Source: a virus
Lineage: Duplodnaviria > Caudoviricetes
Length of the DNA stretch: 64,000 nucleotides
Virus record (IMG/VR): IMGVR_UViG_3300029288_000005
Location: 29,024 to 93,023 of that record
Direction: 5' to 3' (one strand)
Within the stretch, counting starts at the first letter, position 1. The number at the start of each line of letters is the position of its first letter. A program made the position numbers and the translations under genes. This document shows positions 1 to 9,482 of the stretch, piece after piece. The notes under the pieces are model-generated. The model saw only the letters and a program-made list of their open reading frames with translations. It ran no database searches and had not been told where the DNA came from.

Positions 1-186
1 CTTGCGATCTTTGTGGTAAAAAGTACAAGGAAGACAGAATAAAGCTTGTGGGTACAAGTTACATCTGTCTAAAGTGCTATGGGGGTAAGAAAAGACCACT
101 GAGAGCAATAAAGAACCAGCCGAGAAATTCTCTTTGTCAATGTGGCAGTGGAATGAAGTACAAGAACTGCTGTTTGAGGAAGCAAC

Positions 187-876
187 ATGGCTTGGCGAAC
201 ATCCAAAACTAATGCCAGACTTGCTGCTATGCAGCGGCGAGAAAATATAAGAGAGGATATCCTAAATGGACTTTCCAACCAGATAGCGTTAGCTGTACGA
301 CATGGTGTGAACCAGCAGACAGTGTCCCGGGACATCGCTATTATATTGGATGAGATGCGTGAGGAAGACAAGCAGATGGCCAAGGCCGAGTTGCTTGTTG
401 CTCTAAATAGGATTGAAGACAACTACAAAGAAGCTTCAAACGCGTGGCAGAGAAGTAAGAAGAACAAAGAGGAAATCACTACTGACTACTATAAGAAAAC
501 ATGCAAAGAGTGCAAAGGCACTGGTATGCTGGATGGTGATGCGGATACAAAAGAGTGGTGCCCAGTGTGTCAAGGGGATGGTTTTATACTACAAGAAAAA
601 GTCACCAGGAAGATAACAGGGCAAGCCGGAGATCCCACTTTTCTTAGGGAGCGTCGAGAACTAATTAAGTTTCGCTGTTTCCTACTGGGAATTGGTGCAC
701 CAAAAGAACCACAAGAACCGATCGTTCAGAACAATACGATCGTAAATCTGAATATGTCAAAAGTAAGCAGGGAAAAAGTAGTCCAGGCATTGAGAGCCAT
801 AGATCAGCTAAAAGAAGAGAAGCTCAAGGCGGAGGTTCTCAATGTCGAATCGGAAGCAGTGGGAGAACTCAGATAA
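187..876 (+). CDS. terS: Terminase small subunit (N-terminal HTH, inserted DnaJ-type Zn finger)
   Basis: Directly upstream of and overlapping TerL; HTH-like NQIALAVRHGVNQQTVSRDI; CKECKGTG...CPVCQGDG; GQAGDPTFL tail typical of this TerS type. Confidence 0.7.
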   Translation: MAWRTSKTNARLAAMQRRENIREDILNGLSNQIALAVRHGVNQQTVSRDIAIILDEMREEDKQMAKAELLVALNRIEDNYKEASNAWQRSKKNKEEITTDYYKKTCKECKGTGMLDGDADTKEWCPVCQGDGFILQEKVTRKITGQAGDPTFLRERRELIKFRCFLLGIGAPKEPQEPIVQNNTIVNLNMSKVSREKVVQALRAIDQLKEEKLKAEVLNVESEAVGELR

Positions 877-2428
877 TAATGAGTTGGCTCTTAGCGAAGA
901 AGAAATTCAGCAGATATATGAAGAGAAGTCAAAAACTGACTTCCTACTCTTTCTACAGGGATTGATAATCCCCAGTGCTACTGGTCCACAGAGGTTTGTC
1001 AGTTGTATGGCAGGCTTCCAGATGGATTTCTTTAATGCAGTAGCACCTTCTTTTGTTTCTGTACGAAATGGAACAGAGCCCACTTGTAAGAGGTTCTGGT
1101 TAGAGAGGACAAAGAAGTCCTCAAAAGACTCGGACATCGCAGCGTGCTTAATGTGGTTAATGGCGTTTCCCAGAAGACCTGTTAAGTGTCAGGTTGTTGC
1201 GTCAAACAGCAAACAAGCGAGGATTATAGAAGATAGGGCAGTCGAACTATTACACTATAATCCCTGGTTGAACAAGTATGTGGAAATAGTACAATCTCAG
1301 ATTAGAAACAAGAAAACACCTAAAGAAGTATGGGTGAGAATTGAAGCAACTTCAAGTGCAGGAAGTGCCCAAGGACAAACACCAGATCTGTTGATTCTAA
1401 ACGAATTGGTACACGTTGATAAATGGGCAGTGATGCAAGCCCATATGAACAACGCTGCTGGTGTTCCACGCAGTGTTGTAATTATATCTACAAATGCCGG
1501 TATTAAAGGAACACCTGCTGATGGTTGGAGAAATACAGCAATCAACAGCAAGCGTTGGAAAGTCTTTATCTGGAACAAACTGGCACCTTGGATTTCTCCA
1601 GAAGATATAAAAGAGGCAAAAGCACAAGATCCTATTGGGATGGAGTATGCTCGTCTCTGGGAGGGCAGGTGGATTAGTGGTGTTGGTAGTGCCCTAGATG
1701 AAGAAACCCTTGAAAGACGGTTTGTGTTGAAAGGTCCGCAGAGAAAACCACTAGAAGGCACAATGTATTATGGTGGACTGGACTTGGGCATTAGCCACGA
1801 CCACTGTGGTATTGTCATATTGGGAGCCTCTCCTGTGGAAAACAAAGTGCGTGTGGCTTATTTCCAGGCATACAAACCCTCGATTATGGTGGGAAAGAAA
1901 CTGGAGGTAGATCTAATTGAAGTGGAAGAGGCTTGCAAGCGGTTAGCAACCATCTACAATGTAGGGTGGTTTGGATATGATCCTGCTGCTGGTGGCTCGT
2001 TTATGGCACAACGACTGCGAACCTTCGGTGTGCCTATGATGGAGTATACTTTCTCTTCCCAGGTAAACAGGACAGAGATGGCAACAACATTCGTACAGTC
2101 GATGCAGGATGGAAAGTTGGATTGTTATGACAGAGACAGTATGTTGCACCGGGACTTTGGCAAATTCAACATCGAACACAAACCCCCCTCTGGTTATAGA
2201 CTCACAGCAGTTAGTGATGAGTTCGGACACGCTGATGTAGGCACAGCTCTGGTTATTGCATTGACGGAAGCAGTAAAGGGTTTGGGATGCTACTTTTTGG
2301 GTGGGAATGATCCAATGTCATATGATGAGCCCCCGCTGACAGAGAAGCAGATAAAACAGCTACCCAGAGAGTATAAAGAGTTGTGGGATATGATGGAGAA
2401 TCGCAGGCAGGATACCTATATGGACTAG
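842..2428 (+). CDS. terL: Terminase large subunit
   Basis: Walker A-like ERTKKSSKDS, VVASNSKQA, Walker B-like LLILNE, IISTNAG coupling motif, RNase H nuclease YYGGLDLG...HAD. Confidence 0.9.
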   Translation: MSNRKQWENSDNNELALSEEEIQQIYEEKSKTDFLLFLQGLIIPSATGPQRFVSCMAGFQMDFFNAVAPSFVSVRNGTEPTCKRFWLERTKKSSKDSDIAACLMWLMAFPRRPVKCQVVASNSKQARIIEDRAVELLHYNPWLNKYVEIVQSQIRNKKTPKEVWVRIEATSSAGSAQGQTPDLLILNELVHVDKWAVMQAHMNNAAGVPRSVVIISTNAGIKGTPADGWRNTAINSKRWKVFIWNKLAPWISPEDIKEAKAQDPIGMEYARLWEGRWISGVGSALDEETLERRFVLKGPQRKPLEGTMYYGGLDLGISHDHCGIVILGASPVENKVRVAYFQAYKPSIMVGKKLEVDLIEVEEACKRLATIYNVGWFGYDPAAGGSFMAQRLRTFGVPMMEYTFSSQVNRTEMATTFVQSMQDGKLDCYDRDSMLHRDFGKFNIEHKPPSGYRLTAVSDEFGHADVGTALVIALTEAVKGLGCYFLGGNDPMSYDEPPLTEKQIKQLPREYKELWDMMENRRQDTYMD

Positions 2429-2458
2429 AGATGGATTTCTATAAAATGGAATGTATGA

Positions 2459-2761
2459 ATGAACGAGACAGAAAAATTAAGAGTGGCAGTACATACGATC
2501 AACAACGAGCGGTCGATGTTTCCCGGAATGTTTGTCGATGCAATTCGACAAGCGTTGGAAGAAAATATCTCGGTAGAACAGCTGACTGCTATTATACTGT
2601 TGAGTGTGGGTGTGATGCGAACCAGGGATTTGGATGTTACTGATCTAATTAAGAGAGCTAGACAAGTATCAGACACACTGGTTAATTTTGAGAAGCATGA
2701 AGCAATCTATGAGAGAAAACGAAGGGAATTCGAAGAAAGTTTTTGCAAAGGAGATCTATAA
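2459..2761 (+). CDS. Hypothetical protein
   Basis: 100-aa ORF abutting the next gene. Confidence 0.6.
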   Translation: MNETEKLRVAVHTINNERSMFPGMFVDAIRQALEENISVEQLTAIILLSVGVMRTRDLDVTDLIKRARQVSDTLVNFEKHEAIYERKRREFEESFCKGDL

Positions 2762-3153
2762 TGGGAGTCAATTTTTTAACACTTCTGCAGTGGGTTCGTA
2801 AAGCGGTGGCTTTACTGCCACTACCTGAATGGACCAGTGCTGAGTCTGCCCGTGTTTGGGTACTACAGAAGTTGGTGCCTCTGTTGGAAGAAGTGGCCGA
2901 AACTACATCCAGTGATGTAGATAACAAACTGGTGGCTGGGTTGCAAACTCTTGCGTCCAATGTTGATACTTGGACAACATTCTATGAACTCGTCATAGAT
3001 TTTGTAACCCTGGTAGACGCTGGAGCCACTGTGGATGCAAAACATCCGATGGTACAAAAGCTATCAGACGATACCAAGATCGACCCATCAGTAATTATAA
3101 TGCTGATTCAATTGGCCATTCAAGTTATTGAGTGGTGGAAGAACCGTAAATAA
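2761..3153 (+). CDS. Hypothetical membrane-associated protein (holin-like candidate)
   Basis: AAGGAG before ATG 2761; C-terminal hydrophobic helix IDPSVIIMLIQLAIQVIEWW followed by basic KNRK. Confidence 0.5.
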   Translation: MGVNFLTLLQWVRKAVALLPLPEWTSAESARVWVLQKLVPLLEEVAETTSSDVDNKLVAGLQTLASNVDTWTTFYELVIDFVTLVDAGATVDAKHPMVQKLSDDTKIDPSVIIMLIQLAIQVIEWWKNRK

Positions 3154-3210
3154 GTGACCCAGAGTTGCAAGGGGCAATTACCTATGTTTACTTTTTCAGG
3201 AGATTAAGAA

Positions 3211-3672
3211 ATGCGATTTATAGTGTGTTTACTGGTTTGTTTTTTCTTGGCTGCCAATGTTGTGGCTAAGGAATGGACGGCATGTGAAAACTGTCCTAAC
3301 AAAGCTGCTTGTGCTGCCCCGCTGCCTGCAAAAAATGTTCTGGATAACAGAATACTAAAGCTGATACCTGACAAGAAAAAGGTTGAGGTGACTACGGAGG
3401 GTGGTGTCTATATTTTTGAGAAGGTGAATGGTGGTTGGACCACATCTACGAAGACGTGTGAAGGGGGCACTTGTATCACTCGTCAGTGGAGATTGTTCCC
3501 CTTGAAACCAAAAGTAGAACCCCAACCCACTGTAGCTCCTGCTAAGAAAGTTACCAAGGTCATTTCTGTTGAGAAACGCAAGACTTGGCGAAATAGAGCA
3601 GGTCGGCGGGGCTGGTTCCGTTTTTGGGGAAGGGTTCAGATAAGACGACGATCAGCCAGTTACTGTCAATAG
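3211..3672 (+). CDS. Secreted Cys-containing protein
   Basis: AGGAG RBS; signal peptide MRFIVCLLVCFFLAANVVA; Cys pairs; Arg-rich C-terminus. Confidence 0.6.
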   Translation: MRFIVCLLVCFFLAANVVAKEWTACENCPNKAACAAPLPAKNVLDNRILKLIPDKKKVEVTTEGGVYIFEKVNGGWTTSTKTCEGGTCITRQWRLFPLKPKVEPQPTVAPAKKVTKVISVEKRKTWRNRAGRRGWFRFWGRVQIRRRSASYCQ

Positions 3673-4014
3673 ATACCAAACTGCAGTAGGATTATCCAGA
3701 TGATATCGCGTAGCTGGAAAGAAGCAGCAGAGCATCGCAAGGTCAGTCCAAGCATGTGTCAGATACATAGTGTAAATGAGTTTGTTGGTGCTCTGCTGTC
3801 TGGAATGAGTATATTTATACAGGAGAAGGGCATTATTACGCGACAGAATTTCAGGAATGCCAAAGAGTTATCACAGAGGTGTGACAATGAGTCGTTATAG
3901 AATCACTGTCATAGATGTACTTGCTGCCATGTATCTTGTTTGTTGGGCAATCTGGCATGGTGGCATACATCTGTGCAAGGAACTGTGGTGGAAGATATTT
4001 CCCAGGAGTAAGAA

Positions 4015-4773
4015 ATGAAACAAAGAACTAGACTATATTTTGGTTTGGCTGTTGCTGTTTGTCTTCTGTATTCATGCTCACAGACTACACAAGCAGCCGA
4101 TACACCAGTTCCACAACCTGCGATAAAGATTGTTGGACCAACCCTAGTAGCTGTAGGTGACCTGGCCATTCTCAATGCAGAAGCACCAGAGGGAGCAGAT
4201 CTTAATTGGGCTGTATATCCTGCTGATAAAGCAAAGATATACGTCGACACCAACAAAAGAGCAGTGGTATTTGCCAGCCGATTAAAAGGCACTTACGTAT
4301 TTGCCTTGGCAGTATCTAATGAAGGTAAAGCAACTATCCTACTGCATGAGTTGGTCAACGGAGATGCTCCTGATCCCCCGGATCCCCCTGACCCTCCCGA
4401 TCCACCTGTACCTACTGGAAAATACCAGATTATGTTCTTCAGGGAATCTGATGACTTGGACAACTACAACAACGCTCAACGCGAGATGGTAAGTGGTCGG
4501 GCATTCCGGGAATTACTCGCCGCCCGAGGTCATATTTGGTTAGGCGCTTACGACCCCGATTCTATCGTAGAAGCTGTAACTCAATGTGATTCAACAACAG
4601 GGCGATGTCAGACAGTGAAAGTAGTTGCTCCTAATCTGAGACCTTGGTGGGAAACAGTGCAAAACAAAAAGCTGCCGAGGGTATGTATAGCCAAGCGAGA
4701 GGGTGATACAACAATCCATGATTACCCCATGCCTGAGACCATTGAAGATTTTATGAAGCTAATAGGAGAGTGA
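4015..4773 (+). CDS. Secreted/lipoprotein with Ig-like domain and (PDP)n linker
   Basis: Signal peptide with LLYSC; beta-rich domain; PDPPDPPDPPDPPVP linker. Confidence 0.65.
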   Translation: MKQRTRLYFGLAVAVCLLYSCSQTTQAADTPVPQPAIKIVGPTLVAVGDLAILNAEAPEGADLNWAVYPADKAKIYVDTNKRAVVFASRLKGTYVFALAVSNEGKATILLHELVNGDAPDPPDPPDPPDPPVPTGKYQIMFFRESDDLDNYNNAQREMVSGRAFRELLAARGHIWLGAYDPDSIVEAVTQCDSTTGRCQTVKVVAPNLRPWWETVQNKKLPRVCIAKREGDTTIHDYPMPETIEDFMKLIGE

Positions 4774-5582
4774 CAATGATAAAGCGATTCGATTGCGACC
4801 GGCAGTGGACAGATCTTCGGTTGGATATGGGCTCAAGGGGTGAAGATGGTTTGTTTGGGGCCATTCCCAGAAAGTCAGTCTATGGTTCTGCTCCTGGATT
4901 GATACCGTTTGGTGAGGCTTATCCTGACAAGCTAGTTGACCCTAAAGACTACAAAGAGGTTATACAGTTCTGTCATGACCAGAAGATATTTCCTATGTAC
5001 CATCAGAAAGCAACCTGGGGGCCAGATGGATTCAGATGGAATCAGAATGGACTAGGTTACTGCTGGACGTGGAGTGGTACGGGCGACGTGATGAATTGCC
5101 GAGCTTTGGAAGGCAAGCCCTCCGTGCTATTGTCTCCCGTTTCTATGGGATGGTTGGTAGGCTGGCGTAACCGGGGCAATTACCTCGAATCGTTTATCAA
5201 TGGAGTAATGGAGCGAGGAATCGCCCCGATGGAGTACACACCAGATCAACACTCCCTCAACTACAAGAAGTTCAAAGAAGGTTGGGAGGATGCCGCTCTC
5301 AACTACCGTATTCAAGAGGCTTGGGATTCCGATGCTCGAAAGATGATCCAACATGCAATCAGCATTCTGCGTTGTGGTGTGTCTGGGTATATTGCCTACA
5401 ATTGGTGGGGACATGCTTTGAGCTTGGTGGGTGTTCGTTGGGATGAGTCTGTGCTGAACAATATCGTGTGGATTATTCGCAACTCACATGATGAAGATGA
5501 CTTCATTGAGTTGACAGGAAGTCGTGGAGTGCCTGACGAGTTATATGGAATCAGATCAACAAGAACTCTATTAGCAGCATAA
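4770..5582 (+). CDS. Papain-like (C1A) cysteine peptidase, possible lysin
   Basis: WNQNGLGYCW (oxyanion Gln, catalytic Cys), WWGHAL (His), IIRNSH (Asn). Confidence 0.85.
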   Translation: MTMIKRFDCDRQWTDLRLDMGSRGEDGLFGAIPRKSVYGSAPGLIPFGEAYPDKLVDPKDYKEVIQFCHDQKIFPMYHQKATWGPDGFRWNQNGLGYCWTWSGTGDVMNCRALEGKPSVLLSPVSMGWLVGWRNRGNYLESFINGVMERGIAPMEYTPDQHSLNYKKFKEGWEDAALNYRIQEAWDSDARKMIQHAISILRCGVSGYIAYNWWGHALSLVGVRWDESVLNNIVWIIRNSHDEDDFIELTGSRGVPDELYGIRSTRTLLAA

Positions 5583-5659
5583 CAAGTTGTTCTTTCATTT
5601 TGTAGATTCACGGAGGAGGAAGTATATGACACAGTCTTGGTTTGCAGAGGGGACGTATT

Positions 5660-5926
5660 ATGGAAGATGAATTGCAAGTTAAGTTACCACTAACCGAATT
5701 TGTCAAAAACGTAGCCCGCGAAGCCGCATTAACGGTAATCAAGGAGCATATTGAATCATGCCCGGTTGCCAAAGAAGTTGTTGATCTTAAAAGCAACCAG
5801 AAAGAAACAATCAAAGATGTGAACAAGTTGAAGATTAAAACGGCAACGATGCTTGGCATTATCGTAGGTGCAGGTGGTGTTGGTGGACTTGCTGGTGGTG
5901 GGCTTGTGAGTTTATTGGGTGGATAA
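5660..5926 (+). CDS. Coiled-coil protein with C-terminal transmembrane helix (holin-like)
   Basis: Coiled coil followed by MLGIIVGAGGVGGLAGGGLVSLLGG. Confidence 0.5.
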   Translation: MEDELQVKLPLTEFVKNVAREAALTVIKEHIESCPVAKEVVDLKSNQKETIKDVNKLKIKTATMLGIIVGAGGVGGLAGGGLVSLLGG

Positions 5927-5935
5927 GGACTAAGG

Positions 5936-7054
5936 ATGGCCGCACCAAACGATTATTACATACACGCGACGGAGGGCAGCGATGCCACGGGCGATGGCTC
6001 GATTGGCAATCCGTTTGCTACACATATCGGAGCGTTGGCTGTCGTTACGCAAGATAGTACCGATGGCGACCGATTTAATATCACCGGAGACGTAACGGCA
6101 ACGGCAACAATAGCCGACAGTCTAGGCACATATGGTGTGCCCACCGCCAAAGCACCATTGATTTTTAACAGACTAACGGATGGCGGAATCAACGGTAATG
6201 GGACATATTCAATTAGTGGTGCCCCAACTAGTTTTGTCAACTATATTGGTTTGAAATTACACAACTGCGGATCGCAGATGATAATACAATTGCGATCCGC
6301 CAGTTGCATAAACTGCGAAGTATACGATGGGTCGTATGCTGGGGTGTATTCTCACTCTTATGGGAATGTGATTGGCTGCTATTTCCATAACGTGGGTGGA
6401 TCAGCATGGGATGCGCAGCCAATCAGACTTTACGTGCAGAGCAATGCTTACGGCAATTATGTCGTTCGCGGGCCGACTAATAATTTTGCCGGGAATGGCG
6501 GCATTTATGCACAAGAGTATAACAATGCGGTAATCAGCAACATTGTCGATTGCACGAACAGTACGGGTACCATTCGTGGCATTTATGCTCCAGGTGATAA
6601 TGCGATGGTCCTCAACAATTCCGTTATTGGCAATGGCAGTACGTCTGATGGCATAATGATTTATGCGTTTAACGCGAATCAAATGTTATTGAACAATCTC
6701 GTGGAAGGTTTCAATGGCGTTGGTGGTGTGGGGGTAAGGCTGTTGACGCATGCAAATACTGAATCGCAGGCAATCGTGGGGCACAATGCGGTTTATAATT
6801 GTGAGACTGCCTACAATTACGGTGATGATATTATTTACAACGCTGGTTTTGATGAAACGCTGACCGCTTCGCCATTCGCCAAAAAGGGCAGCAATACTTT
6901 TGCCAACCGCTTCGAATACTTCCGTCCCCTTAACGTGGGCAACGTTGTTCGTGGAGGATATCCGGCGGATAGTCGGATGTTTAAGGGTGCCGTGCCACCG
7001 AAAATTGCCGTTGTCATGCCACAAATAATACAAGCCGGAATAGGAGTGCTATAG
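5936..7054 (+). CDS. Parallel beta-helix (pectin-lyase-like) virion protein
   Basis: YYIHATEGSDATGDGSIGNPFAT start typical of beta-helix proteins; repeated N/G/I-rich beta-coil units. Confidence 0.75.
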   Translation: MAAPNDYYIHATEGSDATGDGSIGNPFATHIGALAVVTQDSTDGDRFNITGDVTATATIADSLGTYGVPTAKAPLIFNRLTDGGINGNGTYSISGAPTSFVNYIGLKLHNCGSQMIIQLRSASCINCEVYDGSYAGVYSHSYGNVIGCYFHNVGGSAWDAQPIRLYVQSNAYGNYVVRGPTNNFAGNGGIYAQEYNNAVISNIVDCTNSTGTIRGIYAPGDNAMVLNNSVIGNGSTSDGIMIYAFNANQMLLNNLVEGFNGVGGVGVRLLTHANTESQAIVGHNAVYNCETAYNYGDDIIYNAGFDETLTASPFAKKGSNTFANRFEYFRPLNVGNVVRGGYPADSRMFKGAVPPKIAVVMPQIIQAGIGVL

Positions 7055-8308
7055 ATGGCCGCAACTGATGCTAGACCGGTTCCGCGTAAGGGCGTTGCCT
7101 ATCGTCATTATTTTTCTATTCGCAATACAGCGGGCGAGCTAATCACAAGCTGGACTGGACAGGATAGTGAGGCGTCGTTAGACGGTGCGGCGTATGCAGA
7201 TTGTACGAACGAAGCTACGGAGATTGGAACGTCGGGGACAGGCTATATCGACCTAACCACGACCGAAATGAACGTGGATTGTTTGCTGTTAAAAATAACA
7301 GTGACAAACACTGATGCAGTGTTGCCGATATTTGCGATTTACCCAGAAGAGGCCGGGGACTATCGTGTCAGTGACTCACAGAAGGTTGATGTCAATACCA
7401 TCAAGACACAGTCTGTTACTTGTGCCGCAGCAGTAACAATCCATCCCGCCGTGGGCAGCGATTATAAGTTGGGAGTGGAGAATGATGGGGACTTGACCAA
7501 GGTAAATACCGTTGATGGAATCAGTGCTGCAAACTTTGGCAAGTTGGAAGACCTACTGGATGGCACTGGTGCTGTAGCTACTTTTAGTGGAGTAGAAGTC
7601 ATAGCCAGTGATGAGTATGCTGCGGCTTTTAGTATTGTAAACTTGGCTGGAGATGCAGTTTCCATCCAAGGACAACATGGATCAGGAATAGTCATTGAAT
7701 CTACAGAGAGCGACGGTTCCCATGCTTTGTGGATTAGAGTAGCTACAGGGAATCCAAGTGATGCCGTCAAACTGAATGCAACAACAGGTAGTGCTTATGT
7801 GCCTATCAATGTCGCTGCCATATGGCAAGCTCTGACCAGCGGATTAACAACCGTTGGAAGCATTGGTAAGAAGCTAGCAGATTGGGTATTGGGGACTGAT
7901 AATCTGGTCAAGGTATCTGCTGATGTACACACCTCTGGTCAAACTGTAAAGGCAATGACAGATGGGGTAGATTTGATAAAAATCGGGGGCAGTACTGATA
8001 GTTTAGCCAGTTTCAAAGCTAGTGTAGATGCTCTTACTGTAGCTCAGGTAGTTGCTGATGTTGGGAATACCGAAAGTGCTTTCCTTACAGATTTACCAGT
8101 AAAGAGTGTTTACTACTATGGTAGCTCCGATGGGGGTATGGTATTGGTATTTGTTTCTGGGACAACCAATGCTTTCCAGTCAAGGAGAGTGATAGCAAGT
8201 ATTACAAGTGATACTTCTACTTTGATAACTTTGGAAGAAGCTCTCGATAGTGTTCCCGCAGAGGGTGATACGTTTATAATTCTTGGTCGTATCACGGAGC
8301 TTAGCTAG
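7055..8308 (+). CDS. Virion structural protein
   Basis: T/S/G/D-rich beta composition; C-terminal ...VPAEGDTFIILG domain; structural context. Confidence 0.55.
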   Translation: MAATDARPVPRKGVAYRHYFSIRNTAGELITSWTGQDSEASLDGAAYADCTNEATEIGTSGTGYIDLTTTEMNVDCLLLKITVTNTDAVLPIFAIYPEEAGDYRVSDSQKVDVNTIKTQSVTCAAAVTIHPAVGSDYKLGVENDGDLTKVNTVDGISAANFGKLEDLLDGTGAVATFSGVEVIASDEYAAAFSIVNLAGDAVSIQGQHGSGIVIESTESDGSHALWIRVATGNPSDAVKLNATTGSAYVPINVAAIWQALTSGLTTVGSIGKKLADWVLGTDNLVKVSADVHTSGQTVKAMTDGVDLIKIGGSTDSLASFKASVDALTVAQVVADVGNTESAFLTDLPVKSVYYYGSSDGGMVLVFVSGTTNAFQSRRVIASITSDTSTLITLEEALDSVPAEGDTFIILGRITELS

Positions 8309-8309
8309 T

Positions 8310-8585
8310 GTGGTTGGTTTTTGGCAGTATTATTTTCAGAATGTTTATGTCACAGAGTCTTCAGGATCCTCTGTCAGTTCAACCAGTGCATCTAGTCTAT
8401 CAAGCATTTCAACAAGCTCTGCCAGTTCGATTAGTTCTTCTCAATCCACAGGAGTTATTGATTTTCCAGTAGGCAAAACAATAACAAATGTAGGACCAAG
8501 AAGTTCTACAATCAGTTCTCCATACACATTCCGAAAAACAATAACAAATGTAGGACCAAGAAGTTCTACAATCAGTTCTCCATAG
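8310..8585 (+). CDS. Small Ser-rich protein with duplicated C-terminal motif
   Basis: GTG start after GGAG; SSGSSVSSTSASSLSS tract; KTITNVGPRSSTISSP twice. Confidence 0.5.
   Translation: MVGFWQYYFQNVYVTESSGSSVSSTSASSLSSISTSSASSISSSQSTGVIDFPVGKTITNVGPRSSTISSPYTFRKTITNVGPRSSTISSP
8475..8584 (+). repeat. Perfect 50-bp direct repeat, 60-bp period
   Basis: aaaacaataacaaatgtaggaccaagaagttctacaatcagttctccata at 8475-8524 and 8535-8584. Confidence 0.95.
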
Positions 8586-8595
8586 GGTAATAGAC

Positions 8596-8934
8596 ATGAC
8601 ATTGATTTACGGTTATAAAGGCAGAGGTATTACGAAAGACATTGTAATACTTGATTCGAATGGAGACACAGTTACTCCTGGAGCAAATGACCTTGTAAGA
8701 GTTTCAATAGGCAGGGTTGAAGAAACTATGTTATTTACAGTTACCAGCGGAACAGTCTCAGTCAATGGGAGTTCAATTACGAAGGGGGCAACTAACAGAC
8801 TGCGGATTGATGCTTCTGATTTGGAGGAATTGCATCCCGGTACTTATACACTATTCGTCGATTATTTCGACAATGCAGATACACAAGAATGGAAGACAGT
8901 TGATCGCCAGGTATTTGTTCTGGAAGGTGGGTAA
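8596..8934 (+). CDS. Small Ig-like/BppU-like virion protein
   Basis: All-beta pattern with LRIDASDLEELHPGTYTLFVDY. Confidence 0.5.
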   Translation: MTLIYGYKGRGITKDIVILDSNGDTVTPGANDLVRVSIGRVEETMLFTVTSGTVSVNGSSITKGATNRLRIDASDLEELHPGTYTLFVDYFDNADTQEWKTVDRQVFVLEGG

Positions 8935-8936
8935 AG

Positions 8937-9095
8937 ATGAAAAAACAAACACTTATCACTGTACTAAAAGAAACAGCAGAAACTTTGAGGGGAATTAAGT
9001 TTAATCCTTACCACGACTCAGAAGGCAGGTTCTCTACTGGAGGCTCAGGTGGTCCTAAACTTGCTCCTGATACAGGTGGTGGTACAGGTGGAGGG
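8937..9095 (+). repeat. Dispersed leader cassette, copy 1 (full)
   Basis: High DNA and protein identity to the copies at 10976, 15145 and 32957. Confidence 0.95.
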
Positions 9096-9482
9096 GGTAA
9101 GTTGGGTGGATCCCCGGGAGATAAGGAGAGCTACAATGACAGAATTGAGGGTACACAGAAAGAAGCAGATAGGGAAGTAAAGAGGGCGGAAAAAGTAGTG
9201 GCTACAGTGAAAGCTGCTTTGAGCAAGTTAGAAGCAAAAACATCTAAAAAACAGGTTGCTACACTAAAGGCAAAGCACGAAGAATGTGTTAGTAAAATAT
9301 CAGAATTGAAGAAACAAAAAGAAGCAACTATGAAGCGGATAGAAGCGTTAAAAGCACAGTTAAAGAAATCAGTTCAGAAAGAACTAAATAAAGAAATACT
9401 CACACTGAAGGACATAATCAATAAGTTCAGAGTTGTTACGAAAGAACTCTATACATTGATGGACGAGGTATCAAAACTATGA
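8937..9482 (+). CDS. Leader-cassette protein 1: coiled-coil cargo
   Basis: Starts MKKQTLITVLKETAETLRGIKFNPYHDSEGRF...APDTGGGTGGG, then K/E-rich heptads. Confidence 0.85.
   Translation: MKKQTLITVLKETAETLRGIKFNPYHDSEGRFSTGGSGGPKLAPDTGGGTGGGGKLGGSPGDKESYNDRIEGTQKEADREVKRAEKVVATVKAALSKLEAKTSKKQVATLKAKHEECVSKISELKKQKEATMKRIEALKAQLKKSVQKELNKEILTLKDIINKFRVVTKELYTLMDEVSKL

Noticed and set aside
8475-8584. DGR template/variable repeat or att site
   Set aside because: Copies are identical and adjacent, with no adenine-specific differences; no reverse transcriptase or integrase in the window.
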